64,000 bases of DNA, from assembly GCA_964448115.1 (NCBI GenBank), contig CAYUVA010000015.1, positions 3,953-67,952 of the forward strand, read 5' to 3'. This document shows, piece by piece, positions 46,429 through 55,970 of this stretch. The translations under genes were made by a program, and so were the position numbers. The notes under the pieces were generated by a model, which saw only the letters and a list, made by a program, of their open reading frames with translations, was not told where the DNA came from and ran no database searches. This DNA comes from an uncultured bacterium. GTDB lineage: Bacteria; CAYUVA01. Every line of letters begins with the position of its first letter. The stretch's first letter is position 1.

Positions 46429-46842
46429 CTAGAAGCGTTCAAGAGCATTAAAGAAGAAATTGATCTCCTTGACTGCATTTTCCTTGCTATCTGATCCGTG
46501 CACCGCGTTAGCTTGAATATCGGTTCCATATAGGTTCCTTAAGGTGCCATCAGCAGCCGCTCTGGAGTTAGTAGCGCCCATTATAGCTCTCACTCGATCA
46601 ACCGCATCCTCTCCTTCTAAAAGAATGGCAACGATTCGATCTTGGGTCATGAAATCGACAAGCTCCATGTAAAAACTCTTATCCTTATGAACAGCATAGA
46701 AGTTCATAGCATCTTCCTTGGTGAGCTTAAGCATCCTTAAGCCCTTGACTATGAAGCCTTCCTTCTCGAATCGTGAGATAATTGAGCCGATAATATTTTT
46801 TTGGATTGCATCGGGTTTGATAAGCACAAGTGTCTGGTCCAT
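46429..46842 (-). CDS. ndk: nucleoside-diphosphate kinase
   Basis: 137 aa. LVLIKPDA and NAVHGSDS (active-site His). Confidence 0.95.
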   Translation of the reverse strand: MDQTLVLIKPDAIQKNIIGSIISRFEKEGFIVKGLRMLKLTKEDAMNFYAVHKDKSFYMELVDFMTQDRIVAILLEGEDAVDRVRAIMGATNSRAAADGTLRNLYGTDIQANAVHGSDSKENAVKEINFFFNALERF

Positions 46843-46865
46843 ATTGTCGCTCTTTACTACTTGTT

Positions 46866-47417
46866 CTATTCCTTTCCTATAACCTTTCTAGCTGCCATTC
46901 TCCCAGCCTCGAATGCCCTGAGGTTGATCTCCTCGGTGCCTTTGGGTACTCGGTTCACTATCGCTTTTTCTATAGCTTCGGGGGAGACAATCTTAGCTAT
47001 TTCTGCCAACGCGCCAAGGGATACGATATTGATGACAAAGGACTTACCGATTTCATATACGATATCGGTGATCGGTACCGCATAAGTCTTTGTGGTTATC
47101 TCAGGATTAGGAGTTACATCGGTTTTATCGATGAGTATTATTCCCTCAGGTTTTACATCCTTGGCATACTTATCATAAGCCTCTTGAGATATAGCCAACA
47201 GGAAATCTATATTCTCAGCCTTGGGGTGATCTATGTCCTGGTCGCTGATTATCACCTCTGATTTGCTGGCTCCACCTCTAGCCTCTGGTCCATAAGACTG
47301 GCTTTGCAGTGCGTTGTGGCCATTGTATATCGATGCTGCTTCAGCCAGTATGATGCCGGCAGTTATCATGCCTTGTCCACCCTGTCCGCTCAAGCGAACT
47401 TCATATCTGAATGCCAT
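46866..47417 (-). CDS. 2-oxoacid:ferredoxin oxidoreductase, gamma subunit
   Basis: 183 aa. RLSGQGGQGMITAGIILA...SYGPEARGG is typical of POR/KOR/VOR gamma subunits. Confidence 0.85.
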   Translation of the reverse strand: MAFRYEVRLSGQGGQGMITAGIILAEAASIYNGHNALQSQSYGPEARGGASKSEVIISDQDIDHPKAENIDFLLAISQEAYDKYAKDVKPEGIILIDKTDVTPNPEITTKTYAVPITDIVYEIGKSFVINIVSLGALAEIAKIVSPEAIEKAIVNRVPKGTEEINLRAFEAGRMAARKVIGKE

Positions 47418-47682
47418 CTTTGAAACCGCTCCTTGTTATTGTTTCTTCATCAAGCAACCTCGATGCATTATCGAGAGCTTTTCAAGGTCAAGGTCTTTCT
47501 TTGTGAAACATGCGGGATCATAATATACTTAAATTAAAATGCAAGTTTACTATGGGACAAGATTGATCCTAATTTGAAAACCTGCCTATAGATCAACTCT
47601 TCACAGATAATTGATTTGACTTTCAAATGTGCGTTGTATAAGCTTTTGGCGTTGAAAATTATGATGAAGATAATCGGAGGCG

Positions 47683-48045
47683 ATGGTGTACAAGATAGAT
47701 AGCAAGCCTTGGGGGGAGGAACTCTGGTTCGCCTTTGAGGCTGGTAAATACGCCGGCAAGATAATCAAGATAAAAGCTAACCACAGATTCAGCCTCCAAT
47801 ACCATAAGGAAAAACATGAGACCTTTTATATACAGTCTGGAAAGGCTCGGCTTACCTGGGGTGACTCCAAAGAAAACCTTGTCGAGGAAATGCTTGAGCC
47901 TGGAGATATCCGAGTGATACCACCAGGAAAGATCCATCGGCTTGAGGCTATCGAGGATCTAACATTCATTGAGATCTCAACGCCTCAGGTACATGATGTG
48001 GTTAGACTAGAAGATGATTATGGGAGAGAAGATGTCGAATCATGA
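47683..48045 (+). CDS. cupin-domain protein (type II mannose-6-phosphate isomerase C-terminal-domain-like)
   Basis: 120 aa. KPWGEE...GKIIKIKANHRFSLQYHKEKHETFYIQSG...IPPGKIHRLE. Confidence 0.75.
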   Translation: MVYKIDSKPWGEELWFAFEAGKYAGKIIKIKANHRFSLQYHKEKHETFYIQSGKARLTWGDSKENLVEEMLEPGDIRVIPPGKIHRLEAIEDLTFIEISTPQVHDVVRLEDDYGREDVES

Positions 48046-49114
48046 CTATGCATTGATAATGGCAGGCGGATATGGCACCCGCCTCTGGCCAAGAAGCCGT
48101 AAGAAAAAAAGCAAGCAACTGCTTAATATTATCGGTGAAAATTCGCTACTACAGGATACTTTTTATAGGGTCAAACAAATAGTACCGCCTGATCGTATAA
48201 TCGTTTCAACCTCTCTTATTATTATTGATGAGCTTATGAAACAGATACCACAAGTGCCAAAGGAAAACTTCATTATTGAAACCGAAAGTAGAAATACAGC
48301 CCCATGCACCGGTATTGCAGCCGTTCTAATCAACTCCAGAGACCCTGATGCAATCATGGGCGTATTTCCGGCAGACCATGTCATACGCAAGGTGGATATT
48401 TTCGCCAAACATGCCATCACATGCTACATGTTCATGGAGGACTTCGATGGAATAGTAACCCTAGGGGTAAAGCCGACTAGACCCGAAACTGGTTATGGTT
48501 ATATCCATACCGAAAGGGAACGAAAGAGCTATAATGGATTTACCTATGCAAAGGTAAAGGAATTCACCGAAAAACCGAATAAAGAGACTGCTTGCCACTT
48601 CTTCATGGCATCAAATTATCTTTGGAACAGCGGTATGTTCTTTTTTAAGACTCGATCCCTGCTGGAGTATTTCAAAAGAGACCTCCCGACGGTATATGAT
48701 GAATTGATGAAGATTGAACAGAGACTGGTAAAAGAGAACATCAATGATATCATCCCCGAACATCTACCTAAAATGAAGGATATCTCCATCGATTATGGGA
48801 TCCTGGAGAAAGAACGAAGTATAGTTACCTTTGAGGCGGATTTCGACTGGAACGATGTCGGCTCTTGGAATTCGGTCTTTGATATTTTCGTCAAAGATAC
48901 AAGTGGCAATGTGGCTCATGGGGATCACATCTTCTATGAGACCGAACATAGCTATATATATAGCGAGAAACGCTTTGTAGTCGCTATCGGCTTAAAGAAC
49001 ACCATTATTGTTGACACTGATGATGCAATCCTGGTTTGCAAGAGGGATCAGGCACAAAAGGTCAGCTCGGTTCACGAGTTGATCTCAAAAATGAACCGTG
49101 AGGACCTTTTGTGA
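48032..49114 (+). CDS. mannose-1-phosphate guanylyltransferase-like nucleotidyltransferase
   Basis: IMAGGYGTRLWPRSR signature. Start set at the ATG at 48032 (MSNHDYAL...), which follows a GGGAGAG RBS. 14-nt overlap with the cupin gene. Confidence 0.85.
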   Translation: MSNHDYALIMAGGYGTRLWPRSRKKKSKQLLNIIGENSLLQDTFYRVKQIVPPDRIIVSTSLIIIDELMKQIPQVPKENFIIETESRNTAPCTGIAAVLINSRDPDAIMGVFPADHVIRKVDIFAKHAITCYMFMEDFDGIVTLGVKPTRPETGYGYIHTERERKSYNGFTYAKVKEFTEKPNKETACHFFMASNYLWNSGMFFFKTRSLLEYFKRDLPTVYDELMKIEQRLVKENINDIIPEHLPKMKDISIDYGILEKERSIVTFEADFDWNDVGSWNSVFDIFVKDTSGNVAHGDHIFYETEHSYIYSEKRFVVAIGLKNTIIVDTDDAILVCKRDQAQKVSSVHELISKMNREDLL

Positions 49115-49188
49115 TAGGTAAATCTATCTGCTGTAGCGGAATAACCGGTTTAATCTCCTTGTTTAACCCTTAAAAAAATACAAGTACC

Positions 49189-49929
49189 ATGAACAAATTA
49201 ATTCAAGAGATAAAAAGCCAGATTAGGGTTATATTTGAGCGTGATCCAGCAGCAAAAAACACCCTAGAGATAGTGCTTACCTATCCAGGATTTCATGCTA
49301 TCTTGTTACATCGGGTTTCACATAGCTTATACAACCGCAAGATGTTTACACTTGCGAGAATATTATCGCATATTGCAAGGGCTTTGACTGGTATCGAGAT
49401 CCACCCTGGCGCCAAGATCGGCAAGAGATTCTTCATAGACCACGGCATGGGAGTTGTCATCGGTGAGACCGCGGAGATCGGGGACGATGTTACCCTTTAT
49501 CATGGGGTTACTTTGGGGGGAGTTACCACGAAAAAGGTCAAGCGCCACCCGACTATAGGAAACAATGTGGTAATTGCTACTGGCGCAAAGGTGCTGGGGA
49601 ATATCGTTGTGGGAGACAATAGCAAAATTGGCGCTGGTTCGGTGGTTGTAAAGGATGTGCCACCAAATGCTACCGTGGTTGGTATCCCCGGCAGGGTGGT
49701 CATCAAAGATGGAGTCAAGCTGGGTGAAGTAAACCTGGATCATCATAAACTTCCAGATCCGGTCGCAGAAGCCGTCCGCTGCCTGAATGAACAGCTTCAT
49801 AGCCTGAAGAAAGAGATAGATAAACTCAAGGCAGAAAGCGCATCCAAAGCAAAGAAGGACTCAAAGCCTAGAAAGCAAACCCAAAGTAGCGATTGCCGCA
49901 AGCCAACTAAGACTTTATCTGCTAAATAA
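49189..49929 (+). CDS. cysE: serine O-acetyltransferase with Lys-rich C-terminal tail
   Basis: 246 aa. [31 protein letters not shown] followed by hexapeptide repeats. The last roughly 50 aa are K/S-rich. Confidence 0.9.
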   Translation: MNKLIQEIKSQIRVIFERDPAAKNTLEIVLTYPGFHAILLHRVSHSLYNRKMFTLARILSHIARALTGIEIHPGAKIGKRFFIDHGMGVVIGETAEIGDDVTLYHGVTLGGVTTKKVKRHPTIGNNVVIATGAKVLGNIVVGDNSKIGAGSVVVKDVPPNATVVGIPGRVVIKDGVKLGEVNLDHHKLPDPVAEAVRCLNEQLHSLKKEIDKLKAESASKAKKDSKPRKQTQSSDCRKPTKTLSAK

Positions 49930-49932
49930 ATT

Positions 49933-49942
49933 CCCCCCCCCC
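49933..49942. repeat. C10 homopolymer in the cysE-rsmA intergenic region
   Basis: Ten consecutive C residues counted directly, starting 4 nt after the cysE stop. Confidence 0.9.
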
Positions 49943-49990
49943 ATGACCCACTTGTATTAAAGGCTTGCATGGCACATAATAAAGGGTGAT

Positions 49991-50857
49991 ATGACCCATC
50001 TTTTCAAGGATGATATCAAGGCTTTGCTTACTCACTATCGTGCCTCTGCTCTAAAATCCAGGGGACAGAATTTCCTGATCGAGAAAGCATACCTGGAGAG
50101 GATCGCTAAACTCGCTGAAAGCCTGGGGCAACGACCTATCTTGGAGATTGGCGCTGGGGTTGGCAACCTGAGCGAGTATTTGTGTGAATTGGATAATCGG
50201 CTTGTACTTGTCGATATAGATCCTCTTTTCATACAAATCCTGAGAGATCGATACGGCGATACAGTGAATATCGACATCCTGGAGGCTGATATGACCGATA
50301 TTGAGATGGTCGGTCAAGCTATGAAACTAGTAGGCGAGTCGTCTTTAGTGGTGGGCAATCTTCCTTATAATGCAGCAACTAGAATACTTACTAATTTACT
50401 GTTGCATAGCGATCTTATCCCCGCAATGCTAATTATGACCCAACTGGAGGTTGCATACCGAATAAATGCGAAAGCACAAGATCCTAATCGCTGCTATCTG
50501 AGCGTCGCCGTGCAGATTCTCTTTGATTCAAGTGTCGAGTTTGTCCTTCCACCTGATGCCTTCTGGCCAAGACCAAAGGTGCAATCAGCCATGATCTTAT
50601 TGAAAAGAAAGCGCCGACATGATGAATTAAGCATCGATTTCGAGTCAATCCTTAAGGTCATTCAGGCTTCATTTCAAACAAGGCGAAAGATGATAAAGAA
50701 TAGCCTGTTGCAGGCACTCGGCAATCATCCGCTTAAGAGTCAAGTACCTACTGCGCTTACCAGGGCAGGGATCGATGGAAGACTACGAGCACAGGAACTC
50801 GGCACACTTGATTTCATCAAGCTGGCTTCGGAAATACACCGAGCAGGGATCTTATGA
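49991..50857 (+). CDS. rsmA: 16S rRNA (adenine1518/1519-N6)-dimethyltransferase
   Basis: 288 aa. GQNFL, LEIGAGVGNLS and VVGNLPYN motifs. Confidence 0.92.
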   Translation: MTHLFKDDIKALLTHYRASALKSRGQNFLIEKAYLERIAKLAESLGQRPILEIGAGVGNLSEYLCELDNRLVLVDIDPLFIQILRDRYGDTVNIDILEADMTDIEMVGQAMKLVGESSLVVGNLPYNAATRILTNLLLHSDLIPAMLIMTQLEVAYRINAKAQDPNRCYLSVAVQILFDSSVEFVLPPDAFWPRPKVQSAMILLKRKRRHDELSIDFESILKVIQASFQTRRKMIKNSLLQALGNHPLKSQVPTALTRAGIDGRLRAQELGTLDFIKLASEIHRAGIL

Positions 50858-51672
50858 GCAATTTGATAATTAGCATAATCCTCGGATTGGTGCAGGGCAC
50901 AACAGAATTCCTGCCGGTTAGCAGCTCCGGGCACCTGGTTATCCTGCAAGCTATCATTCCCGGCTTCAAGGAGCCTGGGTTATTATATGACCTGGTGCTT
51001 CACCTTGCCACGTTGCTGGCTGTCTTGATCTACTTTAGACGGGATATCTTTCAGATAATCTCAGGCTGGTTGAGCAATCCCCTTAAGTTCAGCAGCGACT
51101 CGCCCTCATGGTTGGGGTGGCTGATAATTATCGGTACAATTCCGACTGGGATTATCGGTGTAAGCTTTGAGAGTATGTTCAAGCACAGTTTTGAGCGTCC
51201 CATGCTGGCTGCCGGCTGTCTGTTGATAACTGGAACATTATTGGTAATAGCTTCGACTTTGACTCGCAAGGCAACACATTCTAGGATACTAGGAATAAAG
51301 GAAGCCTTGATAATCGGGCTAGCTCAAGGCTTAGCCATCTTGCCAGGGATCTCTCGTTCGGGGAGCACCATCTCGGTAGCCTTGCTTCTGGGCATATCTG
51401 CCATGGATGCAGCTCGGTTTTCCTTTCTATTATCCATACCATCGATCCTGGCTGCCGGACTCTTCGAGGCGAGGGATCTAGTTATTACAGCCTCTGCAAG
51501 TCAAAACGGTATCATGTTTTATTCGATTGGCTTCTTGGCAGCCGCCATTATCGGCTATATCAGCATCGCTTTCTTGCTCAAAGTGCTAATAAAAGGACAT
51601 CTGCACTACTTTGGCTATTATTGCTGGCTCTCTGGTGGAGGGTTTATTATCTATTATGCACTTATGGTTTAA
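50854..51672 (+). CDS. uppP: undecaprenyl-diphosphate phosphatase
   Basis: 272 aa. EFLPVSSSGHL and PGISRSGSTI motifs. Confidence 0.93.
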   Translation: MSNLIISIILGLVQGTTEFLPVSSSGHLVILQAIIPGFKEPGLLYDLVLHLATLLAVLIYFRRDIFQIISGWLSNPLKFSSDSPSWLGWLIIIGTIPTGIIGVSFESMFKHSFERPMLAAGCLLITGTLLVIASTLTRKATHSRILGIKEALIIGLAQGLAILPGISRSGSTISVALLLGISAMDAARFSFLLSIPSILAAGLFEARDLVITASASQNGIMFYSIGFLAAAIIGYISIAFLLKVLIKGHLHYFGYYCWLSGGGFIIYYALMV

Positions 51673-51738
51673 TACGGCTCAGAAAACAGGTGGATTATGC
51701 CACTTTATTTCTTAATAAATTTAATGTAAACTATTGCT

Positions 51739-54180
51739 ATGTCTAAGAAGAGAAAAAATAACAACAGAAAAAACAGCGGAAACAATAGCAGGGAAGCTGT
51801 TCGATCAAAGGAGCGCTTTTACAACACCTGGTGGTTCAATGAGATAGCTGGCTTGATATCGATATTCCTAGCTGTCTTCATCTTCGTATCTCTTTACACC
51901 TACAGTCCTTATGATCCTTCGTTCAATAACATCAATGCTCAGTTAAAGCCGCAAAACAAGTTCGGCATCCCCGGATCCTACTTTGCTGATATCGCTTTTC
52001 AATTATTCGGCGAGTCTGCCTATTTGCTTTCAGTGTTCCTTGCGGTCATAGCGGTAAAACTGATACAGGGAGGCTCTAAAAGAACTCGATATGTCATGAT
52101 CTTCCCTCTTTCCATCCTGGTTTTTTCCTTTTGCTTATTGTCAAATCTTGTCTTCAAACAAAGTTTTCTAGGCAAACAGATTGAACCTGGCGGAGTGGTT
52201 GGTTCACTTGCCCGAGAATCCTTAGTCCCAGTTTTCAACCTATTCGGTACCTATCTACTTGGTGTGCTTTTGCTACTAATATCGACAATACTTGTGCTGG
52301 GTATCAGGATCTCTAGTGTCTCCATTGCCTTTGCTAAAGCAATAAGCTGGATGTGGAGGCAACTAACACATTTAGCGCCCAAGATTGAAACTATTCCTCC
52401 CAGTAAAGATTATATTGCTGGTAAATCTGACACGAAAGCATCAAGAAAAAAGGATGTTAAAAGCAAACTGGAGGAGAAAAGAAGAAAAAGGGAACAAGCT
52501 AAGGCTGAAAAAGAGGCTATAAAAAGGCTTAAGAATGAGAATATCTTAGATGAACAGCAGTATAATGAACCTTCGCAGCCCCCGGAGATAGTTACTAACC
52601 ACAACAATGGCAATTATGAAGAAAGTGATGCGAAATTTACACCTCGGGAGGATCAACCAAAGCTAATCTCTCATAAGAAATATGTTCTTCCTCCCTTGTC
52701 CATTCTGCAAGATCCGCCAGCGCAAAGCGAACAAATCGAGACTGAAGAGCTTTATCGCACTGCCGAAGCACTGATCAACAAGCTTAAACATTTTGGAGTA
52801 GAAGGTAAGGTTATCCGCATACGCCCTGGTCCGGTGGTTACTCGCTATGAGTTCGAGCCTTCGCCGGGGATCAAGGTCTCCAAGGTTGTCGGACTCTCCG
52901 ATGATCTCGCTTTGGCATTAGGCGCTACTGCGCCACCCCGCATTGCTCTAATTCCCGGCAAGTCAGCACTCGGCATTGAACTGCCCAATAAAAAGCGAGA
53001 CATTATATACATAAAGGAGATCCTCGCCTCGGATTCTTTTATCAAAGAGGATGCAGCCCTAAAGATCGCATTGGGTAAGAATATACAAGGCGATCCCTAC
53101 ATCGCTAATCTTTCTGACATGCCCCACCTGCTTATCGCCGGAGCAACCGGCGCTGGCAAAAGCGTTTGTATAAACTCCATCCTGGTTAGCCTGCTCATGA
53201 CCTACACGCCGCAGGAACTCCAACTAGTCCTTATCGATCCCAAGAGGCTGGAGTTATCCATATACGATGACATACCTCATCTTAGGGACCCAGTGGTAAT
53301 CGATCCCAAGGTAGCAGCCTCCGCGCTTGGCTGGGCTGTGGAAAAGATGGAGGAGCGCTACGACACTCTCGCAGATGATGGCGTTAGAAATATCGTTCAA
53401 TACAATGAGACCATGAGGCAACGGGCTAAACAGGAACAATGGAGCGATGCCGAGCTGGAAATGAATCTCATGCCCTATCTGGTGATTATAATCGATGAGT
53501 TTTCCGACCTTATGACCGTTGCTTCTCGTGAGGTGGAGACATATATCATCCGCCTGGCGCAGATGGCACGCGCTGCTGGCATTCACCTGGTGGTTGCCAC
53601 GCAAAGACCCTCGGTGAATGTAGTTACCGGCATCATCAAGGTCAACTTTCCCTGCCGCATTGCCTTCAAGGTTACCCAGCGGGTTGACTCCCGAACTATT
53701 ATCGACCAGATCGGAGCTGAGAAGCTACTAGGCAGAGGAGATATGCTATTCATACCACCAGGTAGCTCAAAGCCGATCCGAGTACATGGCGCTTATGTCT
53801 CCGAGCGAGAGATCAATAGCATCATCGACTTCATTAAGGATCAAAACTACATAGCAGCTAGCACCAATCACCAGGACGAGGAAGAGGAGCCTTCATTGAT
53901 CGAGGTTCATAATCACCTGGAACAGAATCAAGATCTCGTAAGCCAAGATCCACTCTATCAGCGTGCAATGGAGCTGGTGGTCTCTACCGGACACGCCTCG
54001 ATCTCAATGCTACAAAGGCGTTTCAAGGTCGGTTATGCACGCGCGGCTAGACTAATCGATATGATGGAACGCGCCGGTGTAGTAGGTCCCTTTGAGGGGA
54101 GTAAGCCACGAGAGGTTCTACTTACTCCCGATCAGATCCAATATAGCGATCCTTCTCCTGAACAGGACGACCTCCAGTAA
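51739..54180 (+). CDS. ftsK: DNA translocase FtsK/SpoIIIE
   Basis: 813 aa. N-terminal TM helices and a K/E-rich linker. Walker A AGATGAGKS, Walker B LVIIIDEF, ATQRPS. C-terminal gamma domain SISMLQRRFKVGYARAARLIDMME. Confidence 0.95.
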   Translation: MSKKRKNNNRKNSGNNSREAVRSKERFYNTWWFNEIAGLISIFLAVFIFVSLYTYSPYDPSFNNINAQLKPQNKFGIPGSYFADIAFQLFGESAYLLSVFLAVIAVKLIQGGSKRTRYVMIFPLSILVFSFCLLSNLVFKQSFLGKQIEPGGVVGSLARESLVPVFNLFGTYLLGVLLLLISTILVLGIRISSVSIAFAKAISWMWRQLTHLAPKIETIPPSKDYIAGKSDTKASRKKDVKSKLEEKRRKREQAKAEKEAIKRLKNENILDEQQYNEPSQPPEIVTNHNNGNYEESDAKFTPREDQPKLISHKKYVLPPLSILQDPPAQSEQIETEELYRTAEALINKLKHFGVEGKVIRIRPGPVVTRYEFEPSPGIKVSKVVGLSDDLALALGATAPPRIALIPGKSALGIELPNKKRDIIYIKEILASDSFIKEDAALKIALGKNIQGDPYIANLSDMPHLLIAGATGAGKSVCINSILVSLLMTYTPQELQLVLIDPKRLELSIYDDIPHLRDPVVIDPKVAASALGWAVEKMEERYDTLADDGVRNIVQYNETMRQRAKQEQWSDAELEMNLMPYLVIIIDEFSDLMTVASREVETYIIRLAQMARAAGIHLVVATQRPSVNVVTGIIKVNFPCRIAFKVTQRVDSRTIIDQIGAEKLLGRGDMLFIPPGSSKPIRVHGAYVSEREINSIIDFIKDQNYIAASTNHQDEEEEPSLIEVHNHLEQNQDLVSQDPLYQRAMELVVSTGHASISMLQRRFKVGYARAARLIDMMERAGVVGPFEGSKPREVLLTPDQIQYSDPSPEQDDLQ

Positions 54181-54317
54181 GACTAAAATTCGTTCAATGA
54201 AAACAATTTTTTATGCTACTTGGAACGAACTTTGCTCTTGACGAAGGATGTATAATCTGATATAGAAAAGGGCGAAATTAACTTAGTTGGCTATATTCAA
54301 TGAAAGGGGTTTAAGGA

Positions 54318-55901
54318 ATGAGAACTCGCTTTTTCATTAGCAATCTGCTTGTGTTGTCTCTTGTAATCGGGCTGTCTTGCGTAGCTTATGCTGGTTGGGT
54401 CAACGATCCTTATGCTAACAAGCCTGTATGCCAGGCTAGCGGCAAGCAGGTAACACCGATCGCTATATTCGATGGAAGTTCTGCTTACATCGTTGTTTGG
54501 ACTGATCCAAGATCAGGCTCTGATTACCTTTATGCCCAAAAGGTCAACGCTAGCGATGGCTCGGTGGCATGGGCAGCCAACGGCATCCAGGTCTCCAATG
54601 TAGAGGTAACTGGCAATTATGATCTGATCAGCGATGGTGGCAATGGAGCTATTGTTGTCTGGATAGGTGGCCCTGGTAGCGATGTTTATGCAGCTCATAT
54701 CCTGGCTAACGGCACTATGGATACCAGTGATAGCTGGCTGGCAAATGGCGTAGTGATTTGCAGCGCAGCTGGAGTACAGGCTGATGTAGATGCTATTGAG
54801 GATTTAAGCGGAGGAGCAGGCATTGTTTGGGAAGATAACCGTTCCGGAACAGATGCGGATATTTACGGTCATCATCTATTAAGCACTGGAGATCTGGATA
54901 CAAGTGGCAGTTGGGTAGCTGACGGACTGGCACTGAATAATGATGTTGATGACCAGCTTGATCCTATCTTAGTATTAGGTACTGTAAACAGCGCCATTGT
55001 TGCCTGGACCGACTATTACCAGGCTAGCGCTCTGGTTGAGCCTGATATTCGCGGCTGTCATATTTTCTATAATGGAACCATCGATACATCGGATAATTGG
55101 AACGGTGGGAGCACTGATTTTGCTGATAATATTAGCGGTGCGCAACACCTGAAAGCGATGGTCTCTGATGGCAATGGTGGTGCCTTGTTCTTCTGGATAG
55201 ATTATCGCGATACCATATATGGAGATATTTACGGTCATCATATATTAAGCACCGGGGCAAAAGATACCTCAGGTGGCTGGTCTGGTAACGGCGTTGCTTT
55301 TGTTTACGGCACTGGCAAGCAGGTTGATGATGTTCAGGCAGTCCCTGACGGACTGGGAGGAGCGTTGATCAACTACCGCGAATTATATCTTGCAACAAAC
55401 GATGATCGTATCTATGTAATGCATGTAAAGAACGATGGTAATGCGGACAACAGCGAAAACTGGATCTCTGGTGGAAATATTTTGTGTTCCCACCCGGAGT
55501 ATCAGACTAATCCTCGATTGATCTCCGATAATACAGGTGGTGCAATAAGTGTTTGGCAGGATGATCGCACCACGGTTGATAGTGACCTGTATGCCCAAAG
55601 GATACTAAGCAATGGCTTAGTAGGACCTGGCGCCTGGAACTACAATGGTGGAAGCGCTGTTTGTCTAGCCGCCGGCGATCAAGAAGACCAATTCATCATA
55701 CCTGATGGCACCAACGGATGCGTTATCTTCTGGAGTGATGGCAGAACCGGCAAGGGGACTCAGAATGACATATATTGTCAGCGCATAACCCAGGAGGGGT
55801 TCCTGAATCCAGAGATCCCCAGCATGGGCTTCTGGGCAATAATTCTTTGCATCATTCTGCTTAGCGGGGTCATCCTTTACAGGAAAAAGAGACTGGCATA
55901 A
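54318..55901 (+). CDS. secreted protein with about 8 tandem ~45-50-aa repeats (beta-propeller-like) and a C-terminal sorting-signal-like tail
   Basis: Signal peptide (LLVLSLVIGLSCVAYA). Recurring unit: G-G-A-x-hhW-x-D-x-R-(x)n-D-hY-(G/A)-(H/Q)-(H/R)-hL-(S/A)-x-G. Examples: GGAGIVWEDNRSGTDADIYGHHLLSTG, GGALFFWIDYRDTIYGDIYGHHILSTG, GGAISVWQDDRTTVDSDLYAQRILSNG. The tail is NPEIPS + hydrophobic helix + YRKKR. Confidence 0.6.
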   Translation: MRTRFFISNLLVLSLVIGLSCVAYAGWVNDPYANKPVCQASGKQVTPIAIFDGSSAYIVVWTDPRSGSDYLYAQKVNASDGSVAWAANGIQVSNVEVTGNYDLISDGGNGAIVVWIGGPGSDVYAAHILANGTMDTSDSWLANGVVICSAAGVQADVDAIEDLSGGAGIVWEDNRSGTDADIYGHHLLSTGDLDTSGSWVADGLALNNDVDDQLDPILVLGTVNSAIVAWTDYYQASALVEPDIRGCHIFYNGTIDTSDNWNGGSTDFADNISGAQHLKAMVSDGNGGALFFWIDYRDTIYGDIYGHHILSTGAKDTSGGWSGNGVAFVYGTGKQVDDVQAVPDGLGGALINYRELYLATNDDRIYVMHVKNDGNADNSENWISGGNILCSHPEYQTNPRLISDNTGGAISVWQDDRTTVDSDLYAQRILSNGLVGPGAWNYNGGSAVCLAAGDQEDQFIIPDGTNGCVIFWSDGRTGKGTQNDIYCQRITQEGFLNPEIPSMGFWAIILCIILLSGVILYRKKRLA

Positions 55902-55970
55902 GAACAGTACCTGATAGCCGAGATTATCTTACTATTGAGCAGCATAAGATAATGCACTAGTATCTTGTGC

